In this document: positions 9,684 through 18,050 of the stretch, piece by piece | Position numbering within the stretch: position 1 is the stretch's first letter | Layout of the letters: each line of letters starts with the position of its first letter | Assembly (NCBI GenBank): GCA_965227295.1 | Contig: OZ245742.1 | Span: forward strand, 4,576,001 to 4,640,000 | Length of the DNA: 64,000 nt | Reading direction: 5' to 3' | From: Leptonemataceae bacterium | GTDB lineage: Bacteria > Spirochaetota > Leptospiria > Leptospirales > Leptonemataceae | Notes under the pieces: model-generated | Seen by the model: only the letters and a program-made list of their open reading frames with translations | The model's database searches: none | Told to the model about the DNA's origin: nothing | Position numbers and translations under genes: made by a program

Positions 9684-10814
9684 ATGAATCACACCCGCCT
9701 TCATCCACCGCCGTCCACCGGCCCTTCGATCCTGGACTATGCCGCACGCCTCACCGGCTGGTTGGCGATCAACACGGTCCTGGGCATCATGAACGCGCTG
9801 TTGATAACGTTCTACAGCGCCGAACCGCTCACCCGGGTCTTCGCAGCGGCACAGTTGAACACGCATACGATTTGCATCATCGTCGAGATCGCCATCTACG
9901 TGGGCGGCATTCGCATATACGAGTACGGGCGACGCGCGGGGCGACCGATCATCGCCTTCGTGCTCGTCCTGCTGCTCGCCGTACTCGCCGCGTTTGCCGG
10001 CGTCTATGCCGGCGCGCATCTTACGGAGCTGTTGCTGGACTTCGATCCGCTGCAGTACGAAACGTTTTTCAGCGTCATCTACGGATCGATCCTGGCGGCC
10101 ATCGTCGTCACCGCGGTGGATCGCTGGGGTCGCCATCTCGCGCGGCGCCGTCTGGAACTGGAAAGCGCGTACCACGAGGCGCGCCTCAAGTCGCTGCAGT
10201 ACCGCATGCGCCCGCACTTTCTCTTTAACGCTCTCAACACGATCCACGCCACGCTGCGCCGCGATCCGGAGGGCGCCGGCCGCGCGCTCTTCATGCTCGC
10301 GGAGAACTATCGTTTTATTCTGGAAACCGCCGACAACACGTTGATCGACTTCGCCGAAGAATGGGAGTTTACCCGCAATTACATCGAACTGGAACGCCTG
10401 CGTTTCGCCGATCGCCTGACGGTGCAACTCGAACAGTTGCCGGACGCGGAAGCCTTCCAGGGCATTCGACTCCCGCCGCTTACCATCCAACCGCTGATCG
10501 AAAACGCCTGCGTGCACGGCATCCGTAATTTGCGCGAAGATGCGCGCATCACGCTGCGCGCGGAACGGAGGGGCACCCAGATCACAGTTGAGGTTCAGGA
10601 CAACGGACCGGGTTTTCAAAATCCGGCCGAGGAGGAAACGGGCGGCACCTTCGCGCACATCCGCCAGCGCCTGGAATTCCACTTCCCCGGCGTAGAATTG
10701 TACCGGCGTAACTTAAGCGAGGGCGAGAAAACCGGCGCCGTCGCCGGATTCCGCTTTGACGTACCGCCGGCCCCCGCAGAAAACGCAAGCGTCGCAGCGC
10801 GCACCGTCTCATGA
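9684..10814 (+). CDS. LytS-type sensor histidine kinase
   Basis: About 4 TM segments; LQYRMRPHFLFNALNTI H-box; IQPLIENACVHG N-box; VQDNGPG. Confidence 0.88.
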   Translation: MNHTRLHPPPSTGPSILDYAARLTGWLAINTVLGIMNALLITFYSAEPLTRVFAAAQLNTHTICIIVEIAIYVGGIRIYEYGRRAGRPIIAFVLVLLLAVLAAFAGVYAGAHLTELLLDFDPLQYETFFSVIYGSILAAIVVTAVDRWGRHLARRRLELESAYHEARLKSLQYRMRPHFLFNALNTIHATLRRDPEGAGRALFMLAENYRFILETADNTLIDFAEEWEFTRNYIELERLRFADRLTVQLEQLPDAEAFQGIRLPPLTIQPLIENACVHGIRNLREDARITLRAERRGTQITVEVQDNGPGFQNPAEEETGGTFAHIRQRLEFHFPGVELYRRNLSEGEKTGAVAGFRFDVPPAPAENASVAARTVS

Positions 10815-11551
10815 AAACCCCGGACAACACGGACGCCCTCAACGCCTTCATCGTGGAGGACGAATTTCCCGCCCGGGAACTCATGGTGGACTACGTCACC
10901 GCGCGGCCGGAGCTGAAACTGGTCGGTTTCGCCCGGGACGCCGCCGAGGCCGTCGAAAAACTCCGCGACCGCGACATAGACCTGCTCTTTCTCGATGTAC
11001 AGCTGCCGGATCGCAACGGCATCGAACTACTCGGCGATCTACAACGCGTACGCCATGTCGTGTTCACCACGGCCCACGACGGTCACGCCATCCGCGCGTT
11101 CGAAATCGGGGCGGTGGACTATCTGCTGAAACCCATCTCCGAAGAACGCTTTCACCAGGCGGTGGACCGTGTGCTCGCCGTGGCCGGGGCCCGGGATCGC
11201 TGGTTCCAGCCGTCGAAACTGGGGCTCTCCATCAAAGAAGGGGACAATCACTTTCTGATCCCGCACAACGAAATCGTGTATCTCGCATCCCACGGCAAAC
11301 GCACGATCATTCACGGAACGCGCCGGGACCACGAATCCGCGCGGCTCTTAAAGGACGTCGAGGCCGATCTGCCCGGCGAGTTGTTTCAGCGCGTGCACAA
11401 GCAGTACGTCGTGAACCTGGGCTACCTTTCGCACATCCAACACCTCATCGGCGGGCGCTACGAAGCCTACTTAAAGGACGAAGACGAGTCGGTCCTGCCG
11501 GTGGGCCGCCAGTACGCCGACGCGTTGAAATCGAAGATGAACATTAAGTAG
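10811..11551 (+). CDS. LytTR-family response regulator
   Basis: REC domain (VEDE, FLDVQLP, FTTA, DYLLKP) plus LytTR domain (FQRVHKQYVVNL, LPVGRQY); ATGA overlap with the kinase. Confidence 0.92.
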   Translation: MKTPDNTDALNAFIVEDEFPARELMVDYVTARPELKLVGFARDAAEAVEKLRDRDIDLLFLDVQLPDRNGIELLGDLQRVRHVVFTTAHDGHAIRAFEIGAVDYLLKPISEERFHQAVDRVLAVAGARDRWFQPSKLGLSIKEGDNHFLIPHNEIVYLASHGKRTIIHGTRRDHESARLLKDVEADLPGELFQRVHKQYVVNLGYLSHIQHLIGGRYEAYLKDEDESVLPVGRQYADALKSKMNIK

Positions 11552-11561
11552 CGCGATTCTA

Positions 11562-11680
11562 TTCTTCGCGCGAGGGATACGCAGGGTGGCGCGCAGCGCC
11601 AGTCCGGAGCGCGCAGCGCGGAGGACCGCAGCGAAGCGGAGCCCGGAGTAGCCCGGTCGCCGCAGGCGACGCGCCCATAA
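11562..11680 (+). repeat. Dispersed GNA-hairpin repeat, copy 1
   Basis: TTCTTCGCGCGAGGGAT...GCGAAGCGGAGCCCGGAGTAGCCCGGTCGCC-GCA-GGCGACGCGCCCATAA; ends shared with five other copies. Confidence 0.8.
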
Positions 11681-11730
11681 GATTTTCGCGTTCTCCCCCG
11701 CTTTCTTCTAAATCGCCAACACGAGGAACT

Positions 11731-11821
11731 GCACCGTTCATTCCGGTCCACCCGTCGTTCATTCCGGCCCCGCACCGTACATGCGCAATCGCTTGCGCCG
11801 GACGCACCCGTGTGCTAAAAC
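11731..11821 (+). promoter_or_regulatory. LytTR-type direct repeats plus sigma70-like promoter of the FecR/PCuAC/SCO operon
   Basis: CGTTCATTCCGG at 11735 and 11756 (21-bp period); third degenerate copy ACCGTACAT at 11774; -35 TTGCGC 11793-11798, 17-bp spacer, TG-extended -10 TAAAAC 11816-11821. Confidence 0.6.
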
Positions 11822-11849
11822 CACTGCAACATCCCGCAGAGGAACAGCA

Positions 11850-12581
11850 ATGAAACAGACTCAGCACAAGCACATTCGATTCGCGGCCGTGGCCGCGGCA
11901 TTGATCATCCTGGCCGGTCTCGGCTACCAGCACGACCTGTTCGCCGATCGCAGCACGGCCCTGGTCGTCCGTCTGGTCGGTAAGGCCCGGGCCAAAAGCG
12001 AGGGCGGCGACTGGAAGGCCCTCAAGAAAGGTTCCACCGTAACGGACGGCGACATGATCCAGACCGGCGACGCGTCGCAAATGGTAATCCGCTACAAGGC
12101 CGTGGAGATTCGTCTCGGACCGAACACGAAAGCCCGCGTGGCCGCCCTGCTGAATACGAACAAACCCGCGAAGGTTCAAGTCCAGGAAGGTTACAGTTGG
12201 TTCAAGATGGATAAAAACAACCCGGGCCGGCACAAGCGCTTCGAAGTCCACACGCCGACGGCGGTGGCCGGGGTCCGCGGCACGGCGTTCTCGGTCATCG
12301 AAGACGGCGACGGCGCCCTCACCTGCACCTGTGAAGGAACCGTGGAAACCAGTCAGGTCGGCGAATCTGAAAAACACACCGCGGCAACCGGGGCCTCGCA
12401 CAGCTACACCGAAGACGGCAAACGCGTCGAAAAGGATTTTACAAAATACTTCAAGGGCCTCAAAGTCGATAACAGCTTCCAGGCTTTGATCGACAAAGAC
12501 GATCGCCTCGCATCCTGCAAGTCCTGCCATCGCATGACGGACATCGCCAACGATCGCACGCCGGATCCGGAGAATTACTGA
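11850..12581 (+). CDS. Exported FecR-domain protein with C-terminal CxxCH motif (paralogue 1)
   Basis: Signal or anchor sequence; GDMIQTG, IRLGPNT, FEVHTPTAVAGVRGTAF FecR motifs; CTCEG; CKSCHRM. Confidence 0.82.
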   Translation: MKQTQHKHIRFAAVAAALIILAGLGYQHDLFADRSTALVVRLVGKARAKSEGGDWKALKKGSTVTDGDMIQTGDASQMVIRYKAVEIRLGPNTKARVAALLNTNKPAKVQVQEGYSWFKMDKNNPGRHKRFEVHTPTAVAGVRGTAFSVIEDGDGALTCTCEGTVETSQVGESEKHTAATGASHSYTEDGKRVEKDFTKYFKGLKVDNSFQALIDKDDRLASCKSCHRMTDIANDRTPDPENY

Positions 12582-12584
12582 ACG

Positions 12585-13355
12585 ATGAGTACATCACCCA
12601 CGCAGCTTACGCGCCGACGTTTTCCGGCGCGCCTCCTGTCCCTCCTCGTCGCCGCTACGGCGGCGGGGAGTTTCTTGAGTACGGACGCTCCGCTCTTCGA
12701 GTCCGGCGTCTACGCCCAGAACGGGCCGGTGGCCGCCCGGGTCGCGCGGCTCATCGGCCAGGCGCGCATTCGCGGCGCCGACGACAGTGCCTGGCGCCCC
12801 CTGCGCATCGGTTCAGCGGTCACCGACGGGGACAGCATCGAAACCGGCAAGAGTTCGCAGTTGATCATCGTGCATCGCGGCGTGCAGATTCGCCTCGGCC
12901 CGCGCACGCGCAGTCGCGTGGACACGTTGCTGGAAGCGTCTCGTCCGGGCAAGGTGCGCATTGAACGCGGTTACGGTTGGTTCAAGGTCAACGGCAAGAA
13001 ACGCCAGAACGGATTTTCCGTACAAACTCCCACGGCCGTGGCGGGAGTCCGTGGTACAATGTTCGCCATTACTCAGAACGAACGCGGCATGCTCTCATGC
13101 GTTTGCGAAGGCAGCGTGGAAACGGCCACGCAGGGCAGCGAGAATCGTAAGATCGTAGAGACCGGCGGCTCGCTTGCGTATGCGCCGGACGGCGAAACGG
13201 CGCAGAAAGATCTCAGCGAGTACTTCCGCGGCCTCAAGGCCGATCGATCGTTTCAGTCACAAATTCTCAAGGACGGGCGATTGAACTACTGCAAGTCCTG
13301 CCATCGCATGACGAACCTGGCGACGGACGACAGCCCGGACCCCGAGACGTACTGA
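12585..13355 (+). CDS. Exported FecR-domain protein with C-terminal CxxCH motif (paralogue 2)
   Basis: Signal peptide with RRR; GDSIETG, FSVQTPTAVAGVRGTMF; CVCEG; CKSCHRM. Confidence 0.82.
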   Translation: MSTSPTQLTRRRFPARLLSLLVAATAAGSFLSTDAPLFESGVYAQNGPVAARVARLIGQARIRGADDSAWRPLRIGSAVTDGDSIETGKSSQLIIVHRGVQIRLGPRTRSRVDTLLEASRPGKVRIERGYGWFKVNGKKRQNGFSVQTPTAVAGVRGTMFAITQNERGMLSCVCEGSVETATQGSENRKIVETGGSLAYAPDGETAQKDLSEYFRGLKADRSFQSQILKDGRLNYCKSCHRMTNLATDDSPDPETY

Positions 13356-13402
13356 AACGTTTTTCGCTTTATGCAAGAGACCGCGCCGGGCGCATTGCAT
13401 GT

Positions 13403-13900
13403 ATGATGAATGCATTTTTTCCTCCGTGGCGCGGGCGTTGCGCATATGTGGCGCATTCCGGCATTCTCGCCGTCCTCTTCGCCCTCCTCACCTGCGGCGC
13501 CGACTATCCCGACGTGCCGAAGACCGGCCGCCTGGAAGTCAAGGACGCGATCGTACGGGCCAATCGCCCGAACGTGAGCATGACCGCCGGTTATCTCACC
13601 ATTGAAAACGGCACCGAGAACGACGATCGTCTGCTCTCCGCAACGATCTCCGGCGCCGGCATAGACGGCGCCCGCGTGGAACTCCACGACATGTATCACG
13701 AGGGCGGCGTCATGCGTATGAACGCCGTGGAATCGATGGACGTGCCGGCCCTGTCCCGCCTGCGCTTCGCGTCGGGCAACAAACACCTTATGATCCTCGG
13801 CCTCGAAGGGGTCCTGAGTGCGGATGAAGACGTGACCCTCGAACTCCACTTCGAAAAGGCCGGCGTGGTACAGGTTACGGCGAAAGTCCAGGAGGAGTGA
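13403..13900 (+). CDS. Periplasmic copper chaperone PCu(A)C
   Basis: TAGYLTIEN, DRLLSA, ELHDM...MRM...KHLMI copper-binding motif; possible lipobox LLTC; start uncertain. Confidence 0.88.
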   Translation: MMNAFFPPWRGRCAYVAHSGILAVLFALLTCGADYPDVPKTGRLEVKDAIVRANRPNVSMTAGYLTIENGTENDDRLLSATISGAGIDGARVELHDMYHEGGVMRMNAVESMDVPALSRLRFASGNKHLMILGLEGVLSADEDVTLELHFEKAGVVQVTAKVQEE

Positions 13901-14475
13901 TGCGAATGCGGTACGTTGCACTCTGTGCGCTCGTGTTCTTTTCTATGATGGGCCTGCGCTGTGGAAGCGAGCTGCGCGACTACGAAATGGACACGGCCTT
14001 CACGCTGCACAATACGAGCGGCGAAAAGTTCGCCTTTGCCGAAGAACTGCACGGCCGGGTCGTTCTACTCTACTTCGGCTTCACGCACTGCCCGGACTTC
14101 TGTCCGGCCACGCTCTCAAAAATCCGGCGAGCCTATCGTATTCTGGGCGCCCGGGCCGGGCGCGTAAGCACCGTCATGGTCACGGTGGACCCGGAGCGGG
14201 ACAGCCCGCAACGCCTCAAAGAGTACCTCGCGTCCTTCGAGGTCGACGCCATCGGCTTAACCGGCAGTAAAGATGAGTTAACGGCCGTTGCCAGACGATT
14301 CGGCGCCACGTTCCAACAACGGCCGCTGGAAAACTCGGAACTGGACTACACCGTCGACCACTCCACGTATCTGTACCTGATCGACCCCGACGGCCGCGTG
14401 CGCCACGTCTTCAAACACGACGACAGCCCGCAGTTGATCGCCGAAAAGGTCCAGGCCGTGCTGCCGTTGTTTTGA
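13900..14475 (+). CDS. SCO1/SenC family copper chaperone
   Basis: YFGFTHCPDFCP (CxxxC), TVDPERD, YTVDHST; TGATG coupling with PCuAC. Confidence 0.92.
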   Translation: MRMRYVALCALVFFSMMGLRCGSELRDYEMDTAFTLHNTSGEKFAFAEELHGRVVLLYFGFTHCPDFCPATLSKIRRAYRILGARAGRVSTVMVTVDPERDSPQRLKEYLASFEVDAIGLTGSKDELTAVARRFGATFQQRPLENSELDYTVDHSTYLYLIDPDGRVRHVFKHDDSPQLIAEKVQAVLPLF

Positions 14476-14495
14476 ACCACCGGGCCTCCGTACAC

Positions 14496-14528
14496 AAAAA
14501 CGGCGCCCCGTTGCCGGTAGCGCCGTTT
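14496..14528. terminator. Probable intrinsic terminator between convergent sco and rpsD
   Basis: AAAAACGGCGC...GCGCCGTTT inverted repeat. Confidence 0.55.
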
Positions 14529-14552
14529 CGCGAGTCGCAGTCGGTTTGCTGA

Positions 14553-15167
14553 TTACAGGCGCTGCGCGTAGTATTCGACGACGAGCTGCTCGTCTACCTG
14601 GATCGGAACGTCGTCCCGGGTGGGCAGGTATTCCAGTTTGCCCTTCATCTCGCCAGGCTCGAAGGAAAGATAACCGGCCAAACGCAGCGTCGGCATTTCG
14701 ATGCTGTTCTGGATGTGCTCAATTTTCTTGCTCTTTTCGCGGACGCCCACCTCGTCGCCCGGTTCCACCCGGTAGGACGCGATGTCCACGCGGTGGCCGT
14801 TGACTTCGATGTGACCGTGGTTTACGAGCTGGCGCGCAGCCGGGATGGTCGCGGCGATGCCCAGACGAAATACGATGTTATCGAGACGTTGTTCGAGGAG
14901 GCGCAGCAGTACGAGGCCGGTCGGCTCGTGCGCGTTCTTCGCCTCGGTCATGAGGCGGCGCAACTGGCGCTCGCCCACGCCGTAGTTGTAGCGGAGCTTT
15001 TGTTTTTCGTACAGCTTCTTCTTGTATTCGCTGAACTTCTGGCGGCGGCTTTGCGCGCCCTGTCCCGGCGGATACGGGCGTTTCTGAGTGGATTTGCGGG
15101 TAAGCCCCAGCAGCGGCACACCCAATCGCCGCACCATGCGGAGTCTCGGTCCTGAATATCTTGCCAT
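14553..15167 (-). CDS. rpsD: 30S ribosomal protein S4 (cysteine-free form)
   Basis: MARYSGPR..RRLG, PPGQ, SEY..KLYEKQKLR, LEQRLDNIVFRLG, ARQLVNHGH, VVEYY. Confidence 0.95.
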   Translation of the reverse strand: MARYSGPRLRMVRRLGVPLLGLTRKSTQKRPYPPGQGAQSRRQKFSEYKKKLYEKQKLRYNYGVGERQLRRLMTEAKNAHEPTGLVLLRLLEQRLDNIVFRLGIAATIPAARQLVNHGHIEVNGHRVDIASYRVEPGDEVGVREKSKKIEHIQNSIEMPTLRLAGYLSFEPGEMKGKLEYLPTRDDVPIQVDEQLVVEYYAQRL

Positions 15168-15309
15168 TTGAATGGCTACAAATTTACACCCGCGCGCACT
15201 GTAAAGCGTTTCCCTCTCGAAAACGCCGCGATTGCCGGTTTCCGCGCATTTTTCTCTTTGCACTTCCAGGATCGGTGGGCTAAGATCCCGATAATGGACG
15301 GGACTGCCC

Positions 15310-15897
15310 ATGAATGATTCTGACATCGATCTCCAGTACGACGCGGTTCTGCGCCGCTACGCCGAGGAGCGCCGCAGGGGCGAGGCCCTGAGCGTGGGCG
15401 GCTGGGTCCTGCTCCTCGCCGTGGCCGGCGCCGGCCTGGGTGGCCTGTTTCTCCTCGTCCACGGTCTGCGCGACGGCAGTCCCCTCCTGGTCCTGGCCGA
15501 TTTTGCCCTGCTGGGCACGCTCTTCGTCGGCCTGGTCTTTATTGTGAAGTCCCTCGTCGCCTACCCGGCGGATCGCCAGGTCCTCACCCTCGGCGGAGCC
15601 CGGGGCGGAGAACGTGTGGTCCGCGAGTTTTCCCAGGCCCTGCACGCCCGCGGCCGCACCAACCGGGAGCGCCGCTTTGATCTCATGATTGCCGGCTGGT
15701 CCCTGGCCGTCGCCGTGTTCTTCGGCACCGTCGCCGTCCTCGCCCACTTCGGCCCGACGTCCAATCCCGGTCCCGTGGCCCGCGAGTACCGCGAACGTCC
15801 GGCACCGCGGGCTCCGGTTAAACCGGCGGCGGAGCTGGAACTGGAATCGGTGGGCCCCGTCGAAACGTTTCAATTCGAAGATCGCAACCTGCGATGA
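15310..15897 (+). CDS. Hypothetical membrane protein (3 TM)
   Basis: ORF with GC-rich third positions and three hydrophobic segments. Confidence 0.6.
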   Translation: MNDSDIDLQYDAVLRRYAEERRRGEALSVGGWVLLLAVAGAGLGGLFLLVHGLRDGSPLLVLADFALLGTLFVGLVFIVKSLVAYPADRQVLTLGGARGGERVVREFSQALHARGRTNRERRFDLMIAGWSLAVAVFFGTVAVLAHFGPTSNPGPVAREYRERPAPRAPVKPAAELELESVGPVETFQFEDRNLR

Positions 15898-15919
15898 TAA
15901 ACTCCGCCCCGCCTGAGAA

Positions 15920-16032
15920 TGCAGGAACTCCTACAATTCGATCTTGCAATAGTTTCCAAAACTCTTCGCGCCGGGACGACCGCTGCCGAAGGCGGCGGGG
16001 GAGCCCAAACAGATTTTGTAAGAGTTCCTACA
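15920..16032 (+). repeat. GNA-hairpin repeat copy 2 (15962-16009) flanked by two 16-bp palindromes (15920-15935, 16017-16032)
   Basis: CTCTTCGCGCCGGGA..CCGCTGCC-GAA-GGCGGCGG..GAGCCCAAA; TGCAGGAACTCCTACA and TGTAAGAGTTCCTACA. Confidence 0.7.
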
Positions 16033-16117
16033 TTTTGATTCGGGCCGGTCGCGGGCCGGAGATATCTATTGACCCGCTCCGGTTTCCTATGAATCTGGTA
16101 GACATTCTGATTCTGGC

Positions 16118-17110
16118 ATGGGCATTTTTCAAGACAACACGCTGGCCATCGGCCGCACGCCGCTGGTCCGGTTGAATCGCATCACCGAGGGCGCGAGAGC
16201 GACCGTGCTCGCGAAGGTCGAAGGGCGAAACCCGGCCTATTCAGTGAAGTGCCGCATCGGCGCAGCGATGATCTGGGACGCGGAAAAGCGCGGGCAGCTC
16301 AAGCCGGGCATGGAAATCGTCGAGCCCACCTCGGGCAACACCGGCATTGCCCTGGCCTTCGTGGCGGCGGCGCGGGGCTATGCACTCACGCTGACCATGC
16401 CGGAAAGCATGTCCATCGAACGGCGCAAGGTGCTCAAGGCCTTCGGTGCGAAGCTGGTGCTCACCGAGGCCGCGCGGGGCATGTCCGGCGCCATCCGGGC
16501 CGCGGAGGATCTCTGCCGCGAAGAGCCCGAGCGTTACTTCATGCCGCAGCAGTTCGACAATCCCGCCAATCCGCGCATTCACGAGACCACCACCGGCCCG
16601 GAGATCTGGGACGATACGGACGGCCAGGTCGATGTACTCGTGGCCGGCGTGGGGACCGGGGGGACCATCACCGGGCTCTCCCGCTTCTTCAAGAACACAA
16701 AACAGCGCCCGATCGAATCCGTGGCGGTAGAACCCGAGGCCTCGCCCGTCATTACCCAGACCCGGAACGGAGAACCCATGCGCCCGGGCCCGCACAAGAT
16801 TCAGGGCATCGGCGCAGGATTTCTGCCGGCCATCCTGGACGTGGATCTGATTGACCGGGTCGAGCTGGTCAGCGACGAAGAGGCCATCGTCATGGCCCGG
16901 CGCCTGGCCTCCGAGGAAGGCATCCTCTCCGGCATCTCCTGCGGGGCCGCGGTGACTGCGGCGCTGCGCCTGGCCTGTGATCCGGCCTATGCCGGCAAAA
17001 CCATCGTCGTCATCCTGCCCGACGCCGGGGAGCGTTATCTCACCACGGACCTCTACGACGCCACCTACGCCAGTCTGGAAACCGCCGGAGCCTCCCGGCA
17101 CACACTCTGA
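16118..17110 (+). CDS. cysK: Cysteine synthase A
   Basis: [11 protein letters not shown] (PLP lysine), [31 protein letters not shown]. Confidence 0.95.
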   Translation: MGIFQDNTLAIGRTPLVRLNRITEGARATVLAKVEGRNPAYSVKCRIGAAMIWDAEKRGQLKPGMEIVEPTSGNTGIALAFVAAARGYALTLTMPESMSIERRKVLKAFGAKLVLTEAARGMSGAIRAAEDLCREEPERYFMPQQFDNPANPRIHETTTGPEIWDDTDGQVDVLVAGVGTGGTITGLSRFFKNTKQRPIESVAVEPEASPVITQTRNGEPMRPGPHKIQGIGAGFLPAILDVDLIDRVELVSDEEAIVMARRLASEEGILSGISCGAAVTAALRLACDPAYAGKTIVVILPDAGERYLTTDLYDATYASLETAGASRHTL

Positions 17111-17163
17111 AAACCGGCAATTGTGCTTTATATTTTCGCCCGTGGGTATACGAAGATAATACT

Positions 17164-18048
17164 ATGCCGCTTTTTCCGGCCGTATCGCCCGTCCTGGTCC
17201 GCTCCGAGGACGACATCCGCGAATGTCTGCGGGAGACCGAGCTCAGACTGCCGGCCCCCCTTTTAAACGAGTACATCGCGTATCTGGAACGCATCGAGGA
17301 CGGCGGCGTAAAGCTCGGTTCCTTCGGGCGCTGGTATCTGCACCAGTACTGCCTGAACGGCGGTTTCCTCCAGGCAACGTTCCAGTACGACGGCAAGGCC
17401 GTCTTCACCTTCGGCGCCGAGATCGTCCCATGGGAATCCGCGGACGTCCCCTTGCTCCCGGATTCCCTCATTGAAGAAGGCCCGGGCGCCCTGACCCTGG
17501 TCTACCGCGAACTGCGGCACCGGGACCACCGCCTGAATATCGAGGTGGTCCTGCCGGCAAAGCTCTCGAAGACCGGGCAAAACCTTCTCGACCACGAGAT
17601 CCTGCCCTTCGCGCGGAACTTCTTTTTTTACCAGCCCGGCCTCGGCGATCCGCGACACATCGATCACCTGGACGTCCTCGATCAGAGCGCCCTGGAAATT
17701 CTCACCGAACACGTAAAGCACGGACGGCACGTAACTGTCAGTCACTTTAAGTTTCAGGATTTGCACATTTACCTGGAGATGTCGGGCGAACACCGGACGC
17801 GGGATCTCATGTCCGCCATCATCGAGTACATCCTTTCGAACTTAAAGTACGCCGACATGCTCGTACAGATCTCGCCGCTTTCGTACATCGTGCTTTCGCC
17901 GGGTGCCAACGAGGAGCAGATCCTCGAACGTTTTAAGAACATATACTTTCAGGTGCGCAGTCTCGTGCTGGAGTACGAAATCCATCTCACCACCGTACGC
18001 AAGCTGCCCATTCGTCTTCCGGAAATCTGGCGGGAGCTGAAGCTCTGA
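17164..18048 (+). CDS. Hypothetical protein with possible degenerate GGDEF-fold C-terminus
   Basis: 294-aa ORF ending 2 nt before argH; C-terminal residue spacing resembles a GGDEF domain lacking the signature. Confidence 0.65.
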   Translation: MPLFPAVSPVLVRSEDDIRECLRETELRLPAPLLNEYIAYLERIEDGGVKLGSFGRWYLHQYCLNGGFLQATFQYDGKAVFTFGAEIVPWESADVPLLPDSLIEEGPGALTLVYRELRHRDHRLNIEVVLPAKLSKTGQNLLDHEILPFARNFFFYQPGLGDPRHIDHLDVLDQSALEILTEHVKHGRHVTVSHFKFQDLHIYLEMSGEHRTRDLMSAIIEYILSNLKYADMLVQISPLSYIVLSPGANEEQILERFKNIYFQVRSLVLEYEIHLTTVRKLPIRLPEIWRELKL

Positions 18049-18050
18049 GC

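Noticed and set aside
11559..12530. Long antisense or alternative-frame ORFs (also 5256-6248, 9633-10682, 23038-24312, 43104-44357, 56003-57283)
   Set aside because: Shadow ORFs of well-supported genes, expected in high-GC DNA
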